A stretch of 64,000 nt of DNA from Bacteroidales bacterium (lineage in GTDB: Bacteria; Bacteroidota; Bacteroidia; Bacteroidales; JAUNSR01): NCBI GenBank assembly GCA_030539115.1, contig JAUNSR010000018.1, forward strand, positions 885 through 64,884, read 5' to 3'. Below are positions 51,190 to 62,151 of this stretch, in pieces. The position numbers and the translations under genes are program-made. The notes under the pieces were generated by a model. It was not told the origin of the DNA and ran no database searches. It was given only the letters and a program-made list of their open reading frames with translations. Position 1 is the stretch's first letter. Each line of letters starts with the position of its first letter.

Positions 51190-52257
51190 TTAATGAAGTT
51201 TCTCAAATTCTTGCATAGTTTCTATTAAAGCTTTCACACTTTCAATAGGCATTGCATTGTAAATTGAAGCCCTGAAACCTCCAACAGAACGATGTCCTTT
51301 TAGGCCGACCATACCTTTTGAGGCTGCAAACTTATTAAAATCATCTTCAAGATGCTGGTATTGCGGATTCATCACAAAACAGACATTCATTCTTGAACGA
51401 TCCTCCTTAGCGGCAGTTCCTACAAAAATCTTATTTCTGTCAATCTCTTCATAAAGAATTTTTGCTTTCTCAACATTCATTTTCTCTATAGCTTCAAGAC
51501 CACCCAACTCTTTATACCATTTAAGTGTTTGAAGACAAGAAAATACAGGAAGTACAGGAGGAGTATTAAACATAGAATCTTTTTCTATGTGTGTTAAATA
51601 ATTGAGCATTGTTGGAATTGAACGCTCTACTTTCCCTAAAGCATCTTTCTTAACAATAACAACAGTTACTCCGGCAGGACCAAGATTTTTTTGAGCACCT
51701 GCATATATCAGATCAAACTTGGAGACATCCAAAGGATGAGACATGAAATCTGAAGACATGTCACTAACTAAAGGAACATCCACATTGGGCGTTTCAATTA
51801 CCTCTGTCCCATAAATAGTATTGTTTGAAGTATAGTGGAAATACTCACAATCAGCAGGAATAGTGTAACCTTTTGGAATATATGAGAAATTTTTATCTTT
51901 AGAAGAACCGACAACTTCAACTTCACCAAAAAGCTTAGCCTCTTTAATTGCATTCTTTGCCCAAGTACCGGTTTCGGTATAAGCGGCTTTCTTTTTTAAA
52001 AGATTGAAAGGCACCATACAAAACTGCAAACTTGCGCCACCACCTAAGAAAAGCACTTCATAACCCTCAGGCACATTCAATAATTCTTTGATTAAAGAAC
52101 GTGCCTCTTCAATAACAGCTGTAAACTCTTTGCTTCTATGGGATATCTCTAAAAGAGAAAGCCCGGTTCCTGCAAAGTCCTTCACAGCTTCAGCAGTTTT
52201 TTCAATGGTATATTGGCTCAATATTGATGGGCCTGCATAAAAATTATGTTTTTTCAT
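51190..52257 (-). CDS. serC: Phosphoserine aminotransferase
   Basis: NF.AGPS N-terminus, GGGAS.QF, AGAQKN.GPAG (PLP lysine) and GHRS.GG.RASIYNA. Confidence 0.95.
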   Translation of the reverse strand: MKKHNFYAGPSILSQYTIEKTAEAVKDFAGTGLSLLEISHRSKEFTAVIEEARSLIKELLNVPEGYEVLFLGGGASLQFCMVPFNLLKKKAAYTETGTWAKNAIKEAKLFGEVEVVGSSKDKNFSYIPKGYTIPADCEYFHYTSNNTIYGTEVIETPNVDVPLVSDMSSDFMSHPLDVSKFDLIYAGAQKNLGPAGVTVVIVKKDALGKVERSIPTMLNYLTHIEKDSMFNTPPVLPVFSCLQTLKWYKELGGLEAIEKMNVEKAKILYEEIDRNKIFVGTAAKEDRSRMNVCFVMNPQYQHLEDDFNKFAASKGMVGLKGHRSVGGFRASIYNAMPIESVKALIETMQEFEKLH

Positions 52258-52614
52258 ACCTATTATTTTATTTTTTTACATTTTGTTCTTAATATGTTTA
52301 AGAACATTTTTTGATAACCTAACTTGCGCCGAAATTAAATAAAATATTTTAATTATTCAAAAATTATATTTTATCTTATTGTAATTTCACTTTATTACCA
52401 TAATCGGCAAATTTCTTTCTATTTTTTTATCATAGCTGTATTTTACTATTTATCTGTTAAAATAAGAGGTAAAATAATCTATTCAAATATGATAAAAGCT
52501 TTAATACTTGTATAAAAACAGATTTTTTGAATATGCCATATAATATATAAAATGTTTAAACCATAAATACCGGCTCACTAAGAGAGAAAATTACAAATTA
52601 ATAATTCTATAAAA

Positions 52615-53895
52615 TCATTGTCTATTTTCATATCTATCCTTCCATTTTCCTTTTAATTGCTCATAGAGCTTGTATTCGGAAGGATTGCTTTGAGGTTTCC
52701 ACAAAAAGACATTTTTAATTTCTTTCGGAAGAAACTCTTGCTCTACAAAATTACCCTCATAATTATGAGCATATTTATAATCTTTGCCATAATCAAGTTC
52801 TTTCATAAGTTTGGTTGGAGCATTTCTTAAATGAAGAGGTACGGGAAGATTACCCGTCTGATCGACAAGACTTAATGCCTCATTGATAGCCATATAAGCG
52901 GAATTACTTTTAACACATGAGGCCAAATATATTGTAACTTGGGAAAGAATGATTCTACTCTCGGGCCAACCAATCTTCATTACCGAATCAAATGCATTAT
53001 TTGCCAATAAAAGAGCATTTGGATTAGCCAGTCCTACATCTTCAGAAGCAAAAATGATAAGTCTTCTTGCAATAAAAGCAGGGTCTTCACCTCCCGCTAT
53101 CATTCTTGCAAGATAATAAACAGCAGCATCAGGATCGCTTCCTCTCATCGACTTAATAAAAGCAGATATAAGATCATAATGCATTTCACCATTTTTGTCA
53201 TAAGCCATTGGATTCTCCTGAAGCCTGTCGACAACAATCTTATCTGTAATTTCGATATTTCCGCTGTCTGTTGAGCTACTTAGGAGATCGATTATGTTTA
53301 AAAGCTTCCTCGCATCACCGCCGGCAAATCTCAACAAGGCTGAAGTTTCTTTAATATCAAACTTTTTATTTTTCAGTTCAATATCTTTTGTAATTGCCCT
53401 TGTTAGAAGATTTAGCATGTCATCCTTTTCCAAAGGTTTTAGAGTATAGACTTGGCATCTTGAAAGAAGAGGTCTGATAACTTCAAAGGAGGGATTTTCA
53501 GTTGTCGCACCAATCAATGTAATAATACCACTTTCAACAGCTCCTAAAAGAGAGTCTTGCTGAGATTTACTAAAACGATGTATTTCATCTATAAAAAGGA
53601 TTGGACTTTTAACATCAAACATTCTGTTTCGTTTTGCACTCTCAATAACCTCCCTTACATCTTTTACACCCGATTGAATTGCACTTAAAGTATAAAACGG
53701 TCTATCCAATTGCAAGGATATTATTTTTGCTAAAGTAGTTTTACCAACACCGGGAGGTCCCCATAAAATGAATGAAGAGATATTGCCTGAATCAATCATT
53801 TTTCTTAAAACAGCTCCTTCCCCTATAAGATGTCGCTGTCCGATATATTCATCAAGATTTTTTGGTCTTAATCTTTCCGCTAAAGGTTGTGACAT
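52615..53895 (-). CDS. rarA: Replication-associated recombination protein A (AAA+ ATPase)
   Basis: LAERLRP..L.E..GQ.HL, Walker A GPPGVGKTT, Walker B FIDEIHRF and the MgsA C-terminal blocks (DPDAA.YYLARM, YKY.H). Confidence 0.95.
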   Translation of the reverse strand: MSQPLAERLRPKNLDEYIGQRHLIGEGAVLRKMIDSGNISSFILWGPPGVGKTTLAKIISLQLDRPFYTLSAIQSGVKDVREVIESAKRNRMFDVKSPILFIDEIHRFSKSQQDSLLGAVESGIITLIGATTENPSFEVIRPLLSRCQVYTLKPLEKDDMLNLLTRAITKDIELKNKKFDIKETSALLRFAGGDARKLLNIIDLLSSSTDSGNIEITDKIVVDRLQENPMAYDKNGEMHYDLISAFIKSMRGSDPDAAVYYLARMIAGGEDPAFIARRLIIFASEDVGLANPNALLLANNAFDSVMKIGWPESRIILSQVTIYLASCVKSNSAYMAINEALSLVDQTGNLPVPLHLRNAPTKLMKELDYGKDYKYAHNYEGNFVEQEFLPKEIKNVFLWKPQSNPSEYKLYEQLKGKWKDRYENRQ

Positions 53896-54447
53896 AAAAG
53901 TAATTTCTATTTGAATATTTTTTTGGAGAATAAATCCTATACATTTCTGTTTAAAACAATCTATTTCTCTTTAATACTTAAATGTAAAAGTAAATAATAA
54001 AAAAATAACATTTAGAATATTTATTTTATTTGTATCCGGAATCATAAAATATCCTCTTTTATAATTCAACAAAAAAGCCCGACACAAAAGATATATAAAT
54101 AGAGCATCGTGGTATTGCTATAACAATTATTTATATTTTTTCATTTAACTTGCTATTGCTGTTTCATTCCTAATTTTATTTATAGGCATACAAACTAATA
54201 ATTATTAACTTTTAAGGTTAATTTTTTTGATATTTTTTATCAAATGTTAAATAAATGTTATAATTTTGTTTTATACAGTAATTTTAAGAATAGAAAAGAT
54301 GGTTTTATTGCAATTAGTAATTTTATTATCTTTTCTAAAAGTCTTATTTTAGTGTTATGCTATCTGTTAAATATTCTTTTAATTATAATAAACCAATATT
54401 AGCACAACACTTTTTTTAAGTTCACTTCAATTTATTAATCTATAGGC

Positions 54448-56214
54448 ATGTGTAGTATATTATTATTTACTAATGATTCTTCATTATGGATTGAAAACAC
54501 GACAAATTCTGAATACAGTCTATTTAGTAATTTGTCTAGTAATATTATTTTAATAATGATAGTGATTGTATTTTTACTTTTAGTGGCATCTATAACATCT
54601 ACAATTCTTTATCTAAAGAGCAAATCAAGTCTAAAAAAGACTCTGGAGGATTTAGATAAAGGGAATAAAATAAGCGAAGAATTAAGAAGAGTTATTGACT
54701 CCTCTAATTTAAAATTCGGAATATGGAATTTTAATGATGATTCTATAAACTGGGGTAATAGTATTCATAAAAACGATTTACATTCTGAGAATCTAAAGCA
54801 ATCAAATATAAATTCAGTCTTTTCCAAAGTTTTAAATCCTGACAAATCAAGGATTTTAAATATTCTTGATAGTTTTAAAAAAGATTCCTCGGAGAAAATT
54901 GATTTTGAAATATCGGTCCAGGAGAATGAGGCTATTAGGCATTTTGAGGTCATTATTTCTCCATACACAAAAATTAATGGCAACAAAGAAAATACTCCCA
55001 TAGGAAATGCCATGATTGTTTATAGGGATATCAGCAAAATAAAAATTATTGAAAACGAACTTAAAAAAGAAAAAGAAAAAGCCGAGGAATCCAATAAATT
55101 AAAATCTGCATACTTGGCTAATATGAGCCATGAAATAAGAACTCCATTAAATGCTATTGTAGGTTTTTCAAATATTCTTGCCGATTCTAATGATCCTCAA
55201 GAAAAGGAACAATGTGTCAGCATAATTGAAAACAATAATGATTTGTTGATTCAGTTAATAAACGACATTCTTGATTTGGCAAAGATTGAAGCGGGCACAT
55301 TGGACTTCAATTTTTCAAATGTTGACTTAAACACTCTTGTTCAACAAGCTCAGCAGGCGGCTTTTTTAAAGGTTGATAAAAGGAGAGTTGATGTAAGATG
55401 TATTCTTGGGGCTGAAGATTGCATTATTAAAAGTGACTACAACAGGCTGCTTCAAGTAGTTTCGAATTTCATGTCGAATGCAATAAAGTTTACTCAAAAA
55501 GGTTCTATTACGATTGGTTATTCCAAGGATGATGAAAAAGAGAAAATAAGACTTTACGTAAAAGACACCGGTTGTGGAATCAAAAAAGAAAACCAAAAAA
55601 GCATTTTTGAAAGATTTATAAAATTAAACTCCATGATTCCGGGAACAGGTCTTGGACTTTCTATTTGTTACAACATTATAAATCGCTTAAACGGCACAAT
55701 AGGTGTTGAATCTGAGGAAAACACAGGTTCTGAATTTTGGATTGAACTGCCTTTTGATTGTTCTAAAAAAGTCTGTGATAAAGATGAAATAATCACTTCA
55801 TCTAAAAAAAGCATTATTAAAAGCTTTAAGCTAAATTTATCCAATCATAAGCCTATTTTACTCGTTGCTGAAGATGACATAAGTAATATAAGGCTTTATA
55901 AAGCCTTATTGAAAAATGATTTTGAGATGATCCATGCCAAAGATGGAGAGGAGGCTATTGAAATGTTTATTCAACACAACCCTGATTTAGTTTTAATGGA
56001 TATAAAAATGCCTAAGTGTGACGGTTATGAAGCCCTTGAAAAGATAAGACAGATTTCTTCCAATATTCCGATAATTGCAGTGACAGCTTATGCATATTCT
56101 GGAGAGATTAGAAAAATGTTTGATGCCGGTTTCAATGATTGCATTGTTAAGCCCGTTAATAAAAAAGAGCTTTTTGTGAAGATTGACAAGTATTTAAATT
56201 ATATAGAAGAATAG
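54448..56214 (+). CDS. Hybrid sensor histidine kinase / response regulator (TM, PAS-like, HisKA, HATPase_c, REC), apparently intact
   Basis: H-box MSHEIRTPLNAIVGF, N-box NFMSNAIKFT, G1 DTGCGI, G2 GTGLGLSI. The receiver has VAEDD, LMDIKMP, AVTAY and VKP. Confidence 0.9.
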   Translation: MCSILLFTNDSSLWIENTTNSEYSLFSNLSSNIILIMIVIVFLLLVASITSTILYLKSKSSLKKTLEDLDKGNKISEELRRVIDSSNLKFGIWNFNDDSINWGNSIHKNDLHSENLKQSNINSVFSKVLNPDKSRILNILDSFKKDSSEKIDFEISVQENEAIRHFEVIISPYTKINGNKENTPIGNAMIVYRDISKIKIIENELKKEKEKAEESNKLKSAYLANMSHEIRTPLNAIVGFSNILADSNDPQEKEQCVSIIENNNDLLIQLINDILDLAKIEAGTLDFNFSNVDLNTLVQQAQQAAFLKVDKRRVDVRCILGAEDCIIKSDYNRLLQVVSNFMSNAIKFTQKGSITIGYSKDDEKEKIRLYVKDTGCGIKKENQKSIFERFIKLNSMIPGTGLGLSICYNIINRLNGTIGVESEENTGSEFWIELPFDCSKKVCDKDEIITSSKKSIIKSFKLNLSNHKPILLVAEDDISNIRLYKALLKNDFEMIHAKDGEEAIEMFIQHNPDLVLMDIKMPKCDGYEALEKIRQISSNIPIIAVTAYAYSGEIRKMFDAGFNDCIVKPVNKKELFVKIDKYLNYIEE

Positions 56215-57003
56215 CTTTAAAGCTTGCCAAACAGTATTTTTTTCTCTTATCCATATATTTAAAATTTTCTTTTATTGTCCCCATACCCTTGAATCAAAAA
56301 ATTTTGTGATTTGTTTTTGTGATACGATATAGTGTATTTTATCTGCTTTTCAAAGATATATTTTATGTTAGTTAAAGTTCTAATCGTTAATACAGGCACA
56401 TGTACGTCACAAAATAACAAGGACGATACTTTCACAAGCACCGTCCTCCCATGGTTACACCACTAACCATATAAATATAACTCTAATCTAATCTAAATCA
56501 CTATATAAAAGATTCCTAATAATCTTCTCTTTATAAATAGACTAAAAAATAAACTAAAGGTTTAATATCATCTAAATTTTTTTTTGAAGATTTTAATCTC
56601 TTTTTCTGCTGCTAATATAAATCAAAAATTTAAGATAAACTTAATTCATAATACCAAAAAACTGTTTTTGGGGTTGAATGTGAAAGTATAAAAGGTGAAA
56701 CTGCATCTATTTAACTTTAATCTAATATATTCTCATTCATTCTTAAACAAAGAACATAGACGGCAAAATATTAAATATTAAAAAAATTCAACAAAAGAAT
56801 ACTTAAAGGAAATAGATTGTCTCTATATAAAAAGGAACATGTATTTACAAATAAAAGATTGATAGAAAGCAATAAAAAAGATTTATAGAAATATATATAA
56901 TAAATTATAGGGCTATAAAAAAAGAGATAAATAAAATAAAATTGATAAAAAAAATGAATGATGGGAAAAGAAATGAAATAAATTACTGTCTTGTCAATTG
57001 GGC

Positions 57004-57037
57004 AAAAAAAAACCTGCAAACTCATTTTGAGCGCAGG
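57004..57037 (-). terminator. Intrinsic terminator after the 107-aa orphan gene
   Basis: Minus-sense cctgcgctca-aaa-tgagtttgcagg hairpin followed by T9. Confidence 0.7.
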
Positions 57038-57103
57038 CGGACTAATCTAAGAAATTTTTGTAAGGATCAGTTTTGTTAAAAAAATAATAGTTAAGCGGCT
57101 ATA

Positions 57104-57427
57104 TTAAGCTGCTGTTTTAACTTTAGATAAATTGCTTGCTAAAAAACTGTTCTGAGAAACAAAATTTGTTGGCAAAGCATTAATAAATGAAACTATTTTA
57201 TTGAAATCATAATCGAATGATTTGTCTTCAGAAATCTGTTTTACATTGTCTGTATCAGTATTTTTGCTAAAATAAACTCTGCAAAGATTATCCTGATTCA
57301 TTTCTACGATAGTTACTTCTGAATCATTTGAACTTTCAACTTTATGCATTAGTCTTTTAAGCTCCGGATAATAAATAAAACCTTTAGAGGTCAATTCTGA
57401 TAATAATAAATCTTTTACTGCTTTCAT
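57104..57427 (-). CDS. Hypothetical protein (107 aa)
   Basis: ATG-initiated ORF with non-repetitive composition and its own terminator. I recognise no family. Confidence 0.5.
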   Translation of the reverse strand: MKAVKDLLLSELTSKGFIYYPELKRLMHKVESSNDSEVTIVEMNQDNLCRVYFSKNTDTDNVKQISEDKSFDYDFNKIVSFINALPTNFVSQNSFLASNLSKVKTAA

Positions 57428-57902
57428 AATTAAAAATTTTATTGGTAAATAATTTATCTGACCTTACAATACTTCAAAGAACATCTTAAAACAACCTTAG
57501 AAACGATTTTTCATAAAGGTTAGTTTTTGAAACTAAAAAGAATTTGATTTACTCATCTTCTCTTTAACAACGATACAAAGATAACAAGAAAAATATGTTT
57601 TAGAACATGTTTTGCTTATTTTTTGTGTTAAATATATTTATAAAACAAATATTCAATTGTAAAAAGCCACATTCTTATACTCCACAATAAATAATATTTT
57701 GAAATATATTGTTTTAATAGTATAGCAAGAAAATGAAATTTTGTAAATGGTTTCCTTAAAAGGAGTAAACAAAATGTTTTAATAATGACAATATATAGAT
57801 CAAAGGTTTATTTTATCAATTATTAAAATGTTTTTTATTTGTGTTATAACCTTATGGGTTGTATTTTTGTAACTTATATTTATGTAAGATTAAAAAATTA
57901 TT

Positions 57903-59102
57903 ATGCCAAAGATATCAGAACGCGGAATACTCATGCCCGCTTCGCCAATTAGGAAGTTAGTTCCTTTAGCAAATGCCGCAAAATCTAAAGGAATTAAAGT
58001 TTATCATTTGAATATTGGACAGCCTGACCTTCCAACTCCTCAGATAGCCTTAGACAGTCTAAAAAATATTGATAGAAAAGTCTTGGAATATAGTCCAAGT
58101 GAAGGCATTCTAAGTTTTAGGACAAAGCTCGTAAAATATTACAAGAAATTTAACATTGATGTAAATGTTGATGACATTATTATTACAACAGGAGGTTCTG
58201 AGGCAGTACTTTTTTCTTTCATGTCTTGTTTAGATCCGGGAGATGAAATAATTGTTCCCGAACCTGCCTATGCAAACTATATGGCATTTGCCATCTCTGC
58301 CGGAGCAATAATCAAAACTATACCTTCATCTATAAATGAAGGTTTTGCACTTCCTTCGGTTGAAAAATTTGAAGCGCTAATCACAGAAAAGACAAAAGGC
58401 ATACTTATTTGCAATCCAAACAACCCGACTGGCTATCTATACACTCAAAAAGAGATGAATCAGATTAGGGATTTGGTAAAGAAATATAATCTTTTTCTTT
58501 TCTCAGATGAGGTTTATAGAGAGTTTTGCTACACCGGAGCTCCATATATCTCCGCTTTTCATCTTCAAGGCATCGAAGAAAATGTAATTCTCATAGATTC
58601 TGTTTCTAAAAGATACAGTGAATGTGGAATAAGAATAGGTTCTTTGGTCACAAAAAACAAAGAAGTAAGAGCAAGCGTAATGAAATTCTGTCAAGCTCGT
58701 CTTAGTCCTCCTTTGATAGGTCAAATAATAGCAGAGGCATCACTTGATGCTTCAGATGAATATATGCTTGACATATATAATGAATATGTAGAGAGAAGAA
58801 AATTCCTTGTAGATGGATTAAATAGAATACCGGGATGCTATACCCCTATTCCAATGGGTGCATTTTACACAGTAGCAAAACTACCGGTCGATGATGCAGA
58901 TAAATTCTGTGCTTGGTGTCTTTCTGAATTTGAATACGAGGGTCAAACTGTCATGATGGCTCCTGCCTCCGGTTTCTACACAACACCAGATTTAGGAAAG
59001 AATGAAGTCCGTATTGCTTATGTATTAAAGAAAGAGGACCTTCAAAAAGCTTTATTTGTTTTGGGAAAAGCCCTTGAAGCCTATCCGGGGAGAGTATTAT
59101 GA
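57903..59102 (+). CDS. Class I pyridoxal-phosphate-dependent aminotransferase (AspC-like)
   Basis: SPIRKL, NIGQPD, NPNNPTG and SVSKRYSECGIRIG (PLP lysine). A TATTTTTG box lies at 57862-57869. Confidence 0.9.
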   Translation: MPKISERGILMPASPIRKLVPLANAAKSKGIKVYHLNIGQPDLPTPQIALDSLKNIDRKVLEYSPSEGILSFRTKLVKYYKKFNIDVNVDDIIITTGGSEAVLFSFMSCLDPGDEIIVPEPAYANYMAFAISAGAIIKTIPSSINEGFALPSVEKFEALITEKTKGILICNPNNPTGYLYTQKEMNQIRDLVKKYNLFLFSDEVYREFCYTGAPYISAFHLQGIEENVILIDSVSKRYSECGIRIGSLVTKNKEVRASVMKFCQARLSPPLIGQIIAEASLDASDEYMLDIYNEYVERRKFLVDGLNRIPGCYTPIPMGAFYTVAKLPVDDADKFCAWCLSEFEYEGQTVMMAPASGFYTTPDLGKNEVRIAYVLKKEDLQKALFVLGKALEAYPGRVL

Positions 59103-60346
59103 ATTTAGAACTGTTTATCGCTAAGAGAATTCACTTCACAAAAGGAAATGAAGAGAGGAAAGTGTCGCCTCCTGCTATTCGTATTGCTATAGCGGGAATA
59201 GCCATTGGTCTTGCCGTAATGATACTATCAGTTTCTATTGTTGTCGGTTTTAAAAACGAAGTTAGAGCTAAAGTCATAGGTTTTGGCTCACATATACAAA
59301 TATCAAATTTTGACAACAACACAACATTTGAAACAATACCTATCGGCATTTCCGATTCTTTAATCGGTATAATAAAGAAACATCCTGAGATATCAAATAT
59401 TGAACGTTTTGCAACAAAGCCGGGCATAATAAAAACAGACTCCTCTTTTATGGCTATTGTCATTAAGGGGGTGGGTAATGAATATAATTGGGATTTTTTC
59501 AAAAAGAACCTTATTGAAGGCGATATAATTCATTTCAATGACTCCACTGCTTCCAATGATATTTTAGTTTCTAAATCTATTGCAGATAAAATGAATCTGA
59601 AATTGGGAGATTCTTTCATGAGTTATTTTATCGAAAACAGTGTCAGACAAAGGAAATTTAAAGTTGCAGGCATTTACCAAACAAATTTCACTGATTACGA
59701 CAAGCTTTTTGTTATCGGAGATTTAAGACATGTTCAAAAACTAAACTTTTGGGCTCCGGATCAAGTCAGCGGACTTGAGATACTTGTCAATAATTATGAT
59801 GAAACAGATAGAATAGCTGAAGAACTTTATTTTGATTTATTGCAAAACAAAGACAAATATGGTTCAAGCTACTATGCCAGATCAATAAAGCAACTTAATC
59901 CTCAGATTTTCTCATGGCTTGATCTTCTTAATACAAATGTTTGGGTTATATTAATTCTTATGGCTTTAGTATCCTCTTTTACTATGATTTCCGGTCTGTT
60001 AATAATCATTCTCGAAAGAACTAATATGATTGGAATACTTAAAGCATTAGGATACAAAGACTCCGGCATACAAAGAATATTTCTTAATATTTCATTTTTT
60101 TTAATATTGAAAGGATTGATGTGGGGGAATATTATAGGAATAGGATTAGCATTGATTCAAAGACACTTTAAATGGTTTAAGCTTGACCCGGAGTCCTATT
60201 ACATTGATGCTGTACCAATTGAGCTTAACATATTTCATGTTATACTTTTAAACATAGCTACCATAATTATTGCTTTATTGGTGCTTCTTGGTCCATCTTA
60301 TGTTATTACAAAGATAAGCCCTGTCAAAGCAATCAGATTTGAATAA
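59099..60346 (+). CDS. FtsX/LolC-LolE family ABC transporter permease
   Basis: N-terminal TM, large periplasmic loop and a C-terminal FtsX-type 3-TM bundle (ILKALGY motif). The ATGA start/stop overlaps the upstream gene. Confidence 0.85.
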   Translation: MNLELFIAKRIHFTKGNEERKVSPPAIRIAIAGIAIGLAVMILSVSIVVGFKNEVRAKVIGFGSHIQISNFDNNTTFETIPIGISDSLIGIIKKHPEISNIERFATKPGIIKTDSSFMAIVIKGVGNEYNWDFFKKNLIEGDIIHFNDSTASNDILVSKSIADKMNLKLGDSFMSYFIENSVRQRKFKVAGIYQTNFTDYDKLFVIGDLRHVQKLNFWAPDQVSGLEILVNNYDETDRIAEELYFDLLQNKDKYGSSYYARSIKQLNPQIFSWLDLLNTNVWVILILMALVSSFTMISGLLIIILERTNMIGILKALGYKDSGIQRIFLNISFFLILKGLMWGNIIGIGLALIQRHFKWFKLDPESYYIDAVPIELNIFHVILLNIATIIIALLVLLGPSYVITKISPVKAIRFE

Positions 60347-60384
60347 TAAGACATCTCTGAAAATATTATTCAGATATTTTCAGA

Positions 60385-60443
60385 AATAAAACAAAATGCC
60401 TCTTCCCTTTAATAAATACAATGTTTAATTAAGGAGAAGAGGC
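60385..60443 (-). terminator. Intrinsic terminator after the GT2 gene at 60537-61706
   Basis: gcctcttc...gaagaggc stem, followed in minus sense by attttgttttatttc. Confidence 0.6.
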
Positions 60444-60536
60444 GTTCTTATATTGTCTAAAGAGCTGAATCTTGTTGAAACTTAATAATACACCTAATTG
60501 CTCAGTCTTGAATATTCTATTAAGATATATATCTTG

Positions 60537-61706
60537 TTACAACTTCCATGTATAATATCTTTTAGAATTGATTTTAGCTTCTATTTTAAAAACGAAATTT
60601 ATTATAGGATCTATCAACTCAAAAAAAGTAAAGCAAAGGATATGTTTTTTTGTATTAAATGATTTTCCGGCAAAATACCAAAACACCGATTTAAATATAA
60701 AATTAAATATAAATACTCCACCGATTACCGACATTAGAATCAAATCAGAATATGAAACCACTATCAATAAAACAAACATAGCCAAAAACAAATACCTGGT
60801 AAGCGACTCGAATCCCATAATATATGAAAACATATTTTTATAGAATTTTTCTGTAAAAGCTCGGTTCCTTTTCGTTTGAAGCCAACCGGATTTTGTTGAA
60901 TCAAAATAAGATGTCACAAAAGAATCGTCCGACAATTCAATCTTGGTATTTTTTTTGTTTGCCAAAGAATTAACAAATAAATCATCCTCACCAATATGAA
61001 GCTGCATATATTTTGAAAAGCCTTTATTATCAAAAAATATTTTTTTTCTGTAAGCCATATTGCTTCCCTCTCCTTCAAATGGAGTAACAGCCAAAGAATA
61101 ACCAAAAATTCTCAGTGCACGTAAAAGCCAGTCAAAAGAAATATATCTGTTTATAAATCCTTTTTTGCAATCGAGCTGAGTGTAGCCAACAACAATATCT
61201 GTTTCTTTGGTAAAGTTTGAAGCCATGGTTTCTATCCATCTTGGAGAATCAGGCTTGCAGTTTGCATTGGTAAAAAGAACTATATCATATTTAGCAGCCT
61301 TGATACCAAGTGTTAGAGATAGTTTCTTTCTGCTCAAATTACGTGCACCCTCAGCCACAAAAGTATGATACAAGTTATCAAATTGATTTTCAAAAGTTCC
61401 AAGCACCTCTTCGGTTTCATCAGTAGAGCCATCATTAACTACAATAACCTCAAATAAAGGATATTCCTGATTTAAATAAGAATCAAGATTTTTCCATAAT
61501 GATTCAGAATCATTATTTGCATAAATAATCACAGAAACCCCCTCATTTGTGTTATTTTCATCAACATCTTTATTCCTTTCAGAGCTTATTTTTCTTAACG
61601 GACGAAGATAGAAAGCCAAATAATATATTATCTGAATAAAAAACACAGCTATAAAAATACCAAAGAATATATATGAAATATCTTCTGCTATTACCAGTGA
61701 TGCCAT
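60537..61706 (-). CDS. Membrane-associated glycosyltransferase family 2
   Basis: N-terminal TM, VSVIIYANND...VIVVNDGSTDET GT2 core, and C-terminal TM helices. Confidence 0.85.
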   Translation of the reverse strand: MASLVIAEDISYIFFGIFIAVFFIQIIYYLAFYLRPLRKISSERNKDVDENNTNEGVSVIIYANNDSESLWKNLDSYLNQEYPLFEVIVVNDGSTDETEEVLGTFENQFDNLYHTFVAEGARNLSRKKLSLTLGIKAAKYDIVLFTNANCKPDSPRWIETMASNFTKETDIVVGYTQLDCKKGFINRYISFDWLLRALRIFGYSLAVTPFEGEGSNMAYRKKIFFDNKGFSKYMQLHIGEDDLFVNSLANKKNTKIELSDDSFVTSYFDSTKSGWLQTKRNRAFTEKFYKNMFSYIMGFESLTRYLFLAMFVLLIVVSYSDLILMSVIGGVFIFNFIFKSVFWYFAGKSFNTKKHILCFTFFELIDPIINFVFKIEAKINSKRYYTWKL

Positions 61707-62151
61707 TATCTATTAGTTCTATTAATTATGTGATGAATCATTTACAATAAAAGTCAATTTCAAGAACTTATTTTATATAATTCAATTTCATGCAAATATA
61801 CAAAAAGAGAATTTTCTTTAAGATTAATATATTTTTTTTCAGTGCTGCGCTTTAAATTTGTTTAGATAAAAAATAATGTAAAAAACAAAAAAACATCATC
61901 TTTAATCTTTAATCCGTGCAAAACTTAGATAAGCACAGCATTATTTTTCCTGTCAATATGCTAATAATATACAAAATAAATTAAATTTGTAAACATTGTT
62001 CTCAGTTTACTTTTAGTGCTTACACTATCTATTAAATATCAATTTCACAGATAGATATCTAATTTGAGGTATTCTACAATAATATTTTATAGGTATTTGC
62101 ATTATAATTAAAATAGTCAATAGATTAAGAATCACATTAAAAATCAATATA

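Noticed and set aside
56259-57025. Track ORFs 56259-56441 and 56771-57025 (minus strand)
   Set aside because: They are low-complexity translations rich in I, F, Y and L from poly-A/T DNA, with no start context, terminator or family resemblance.
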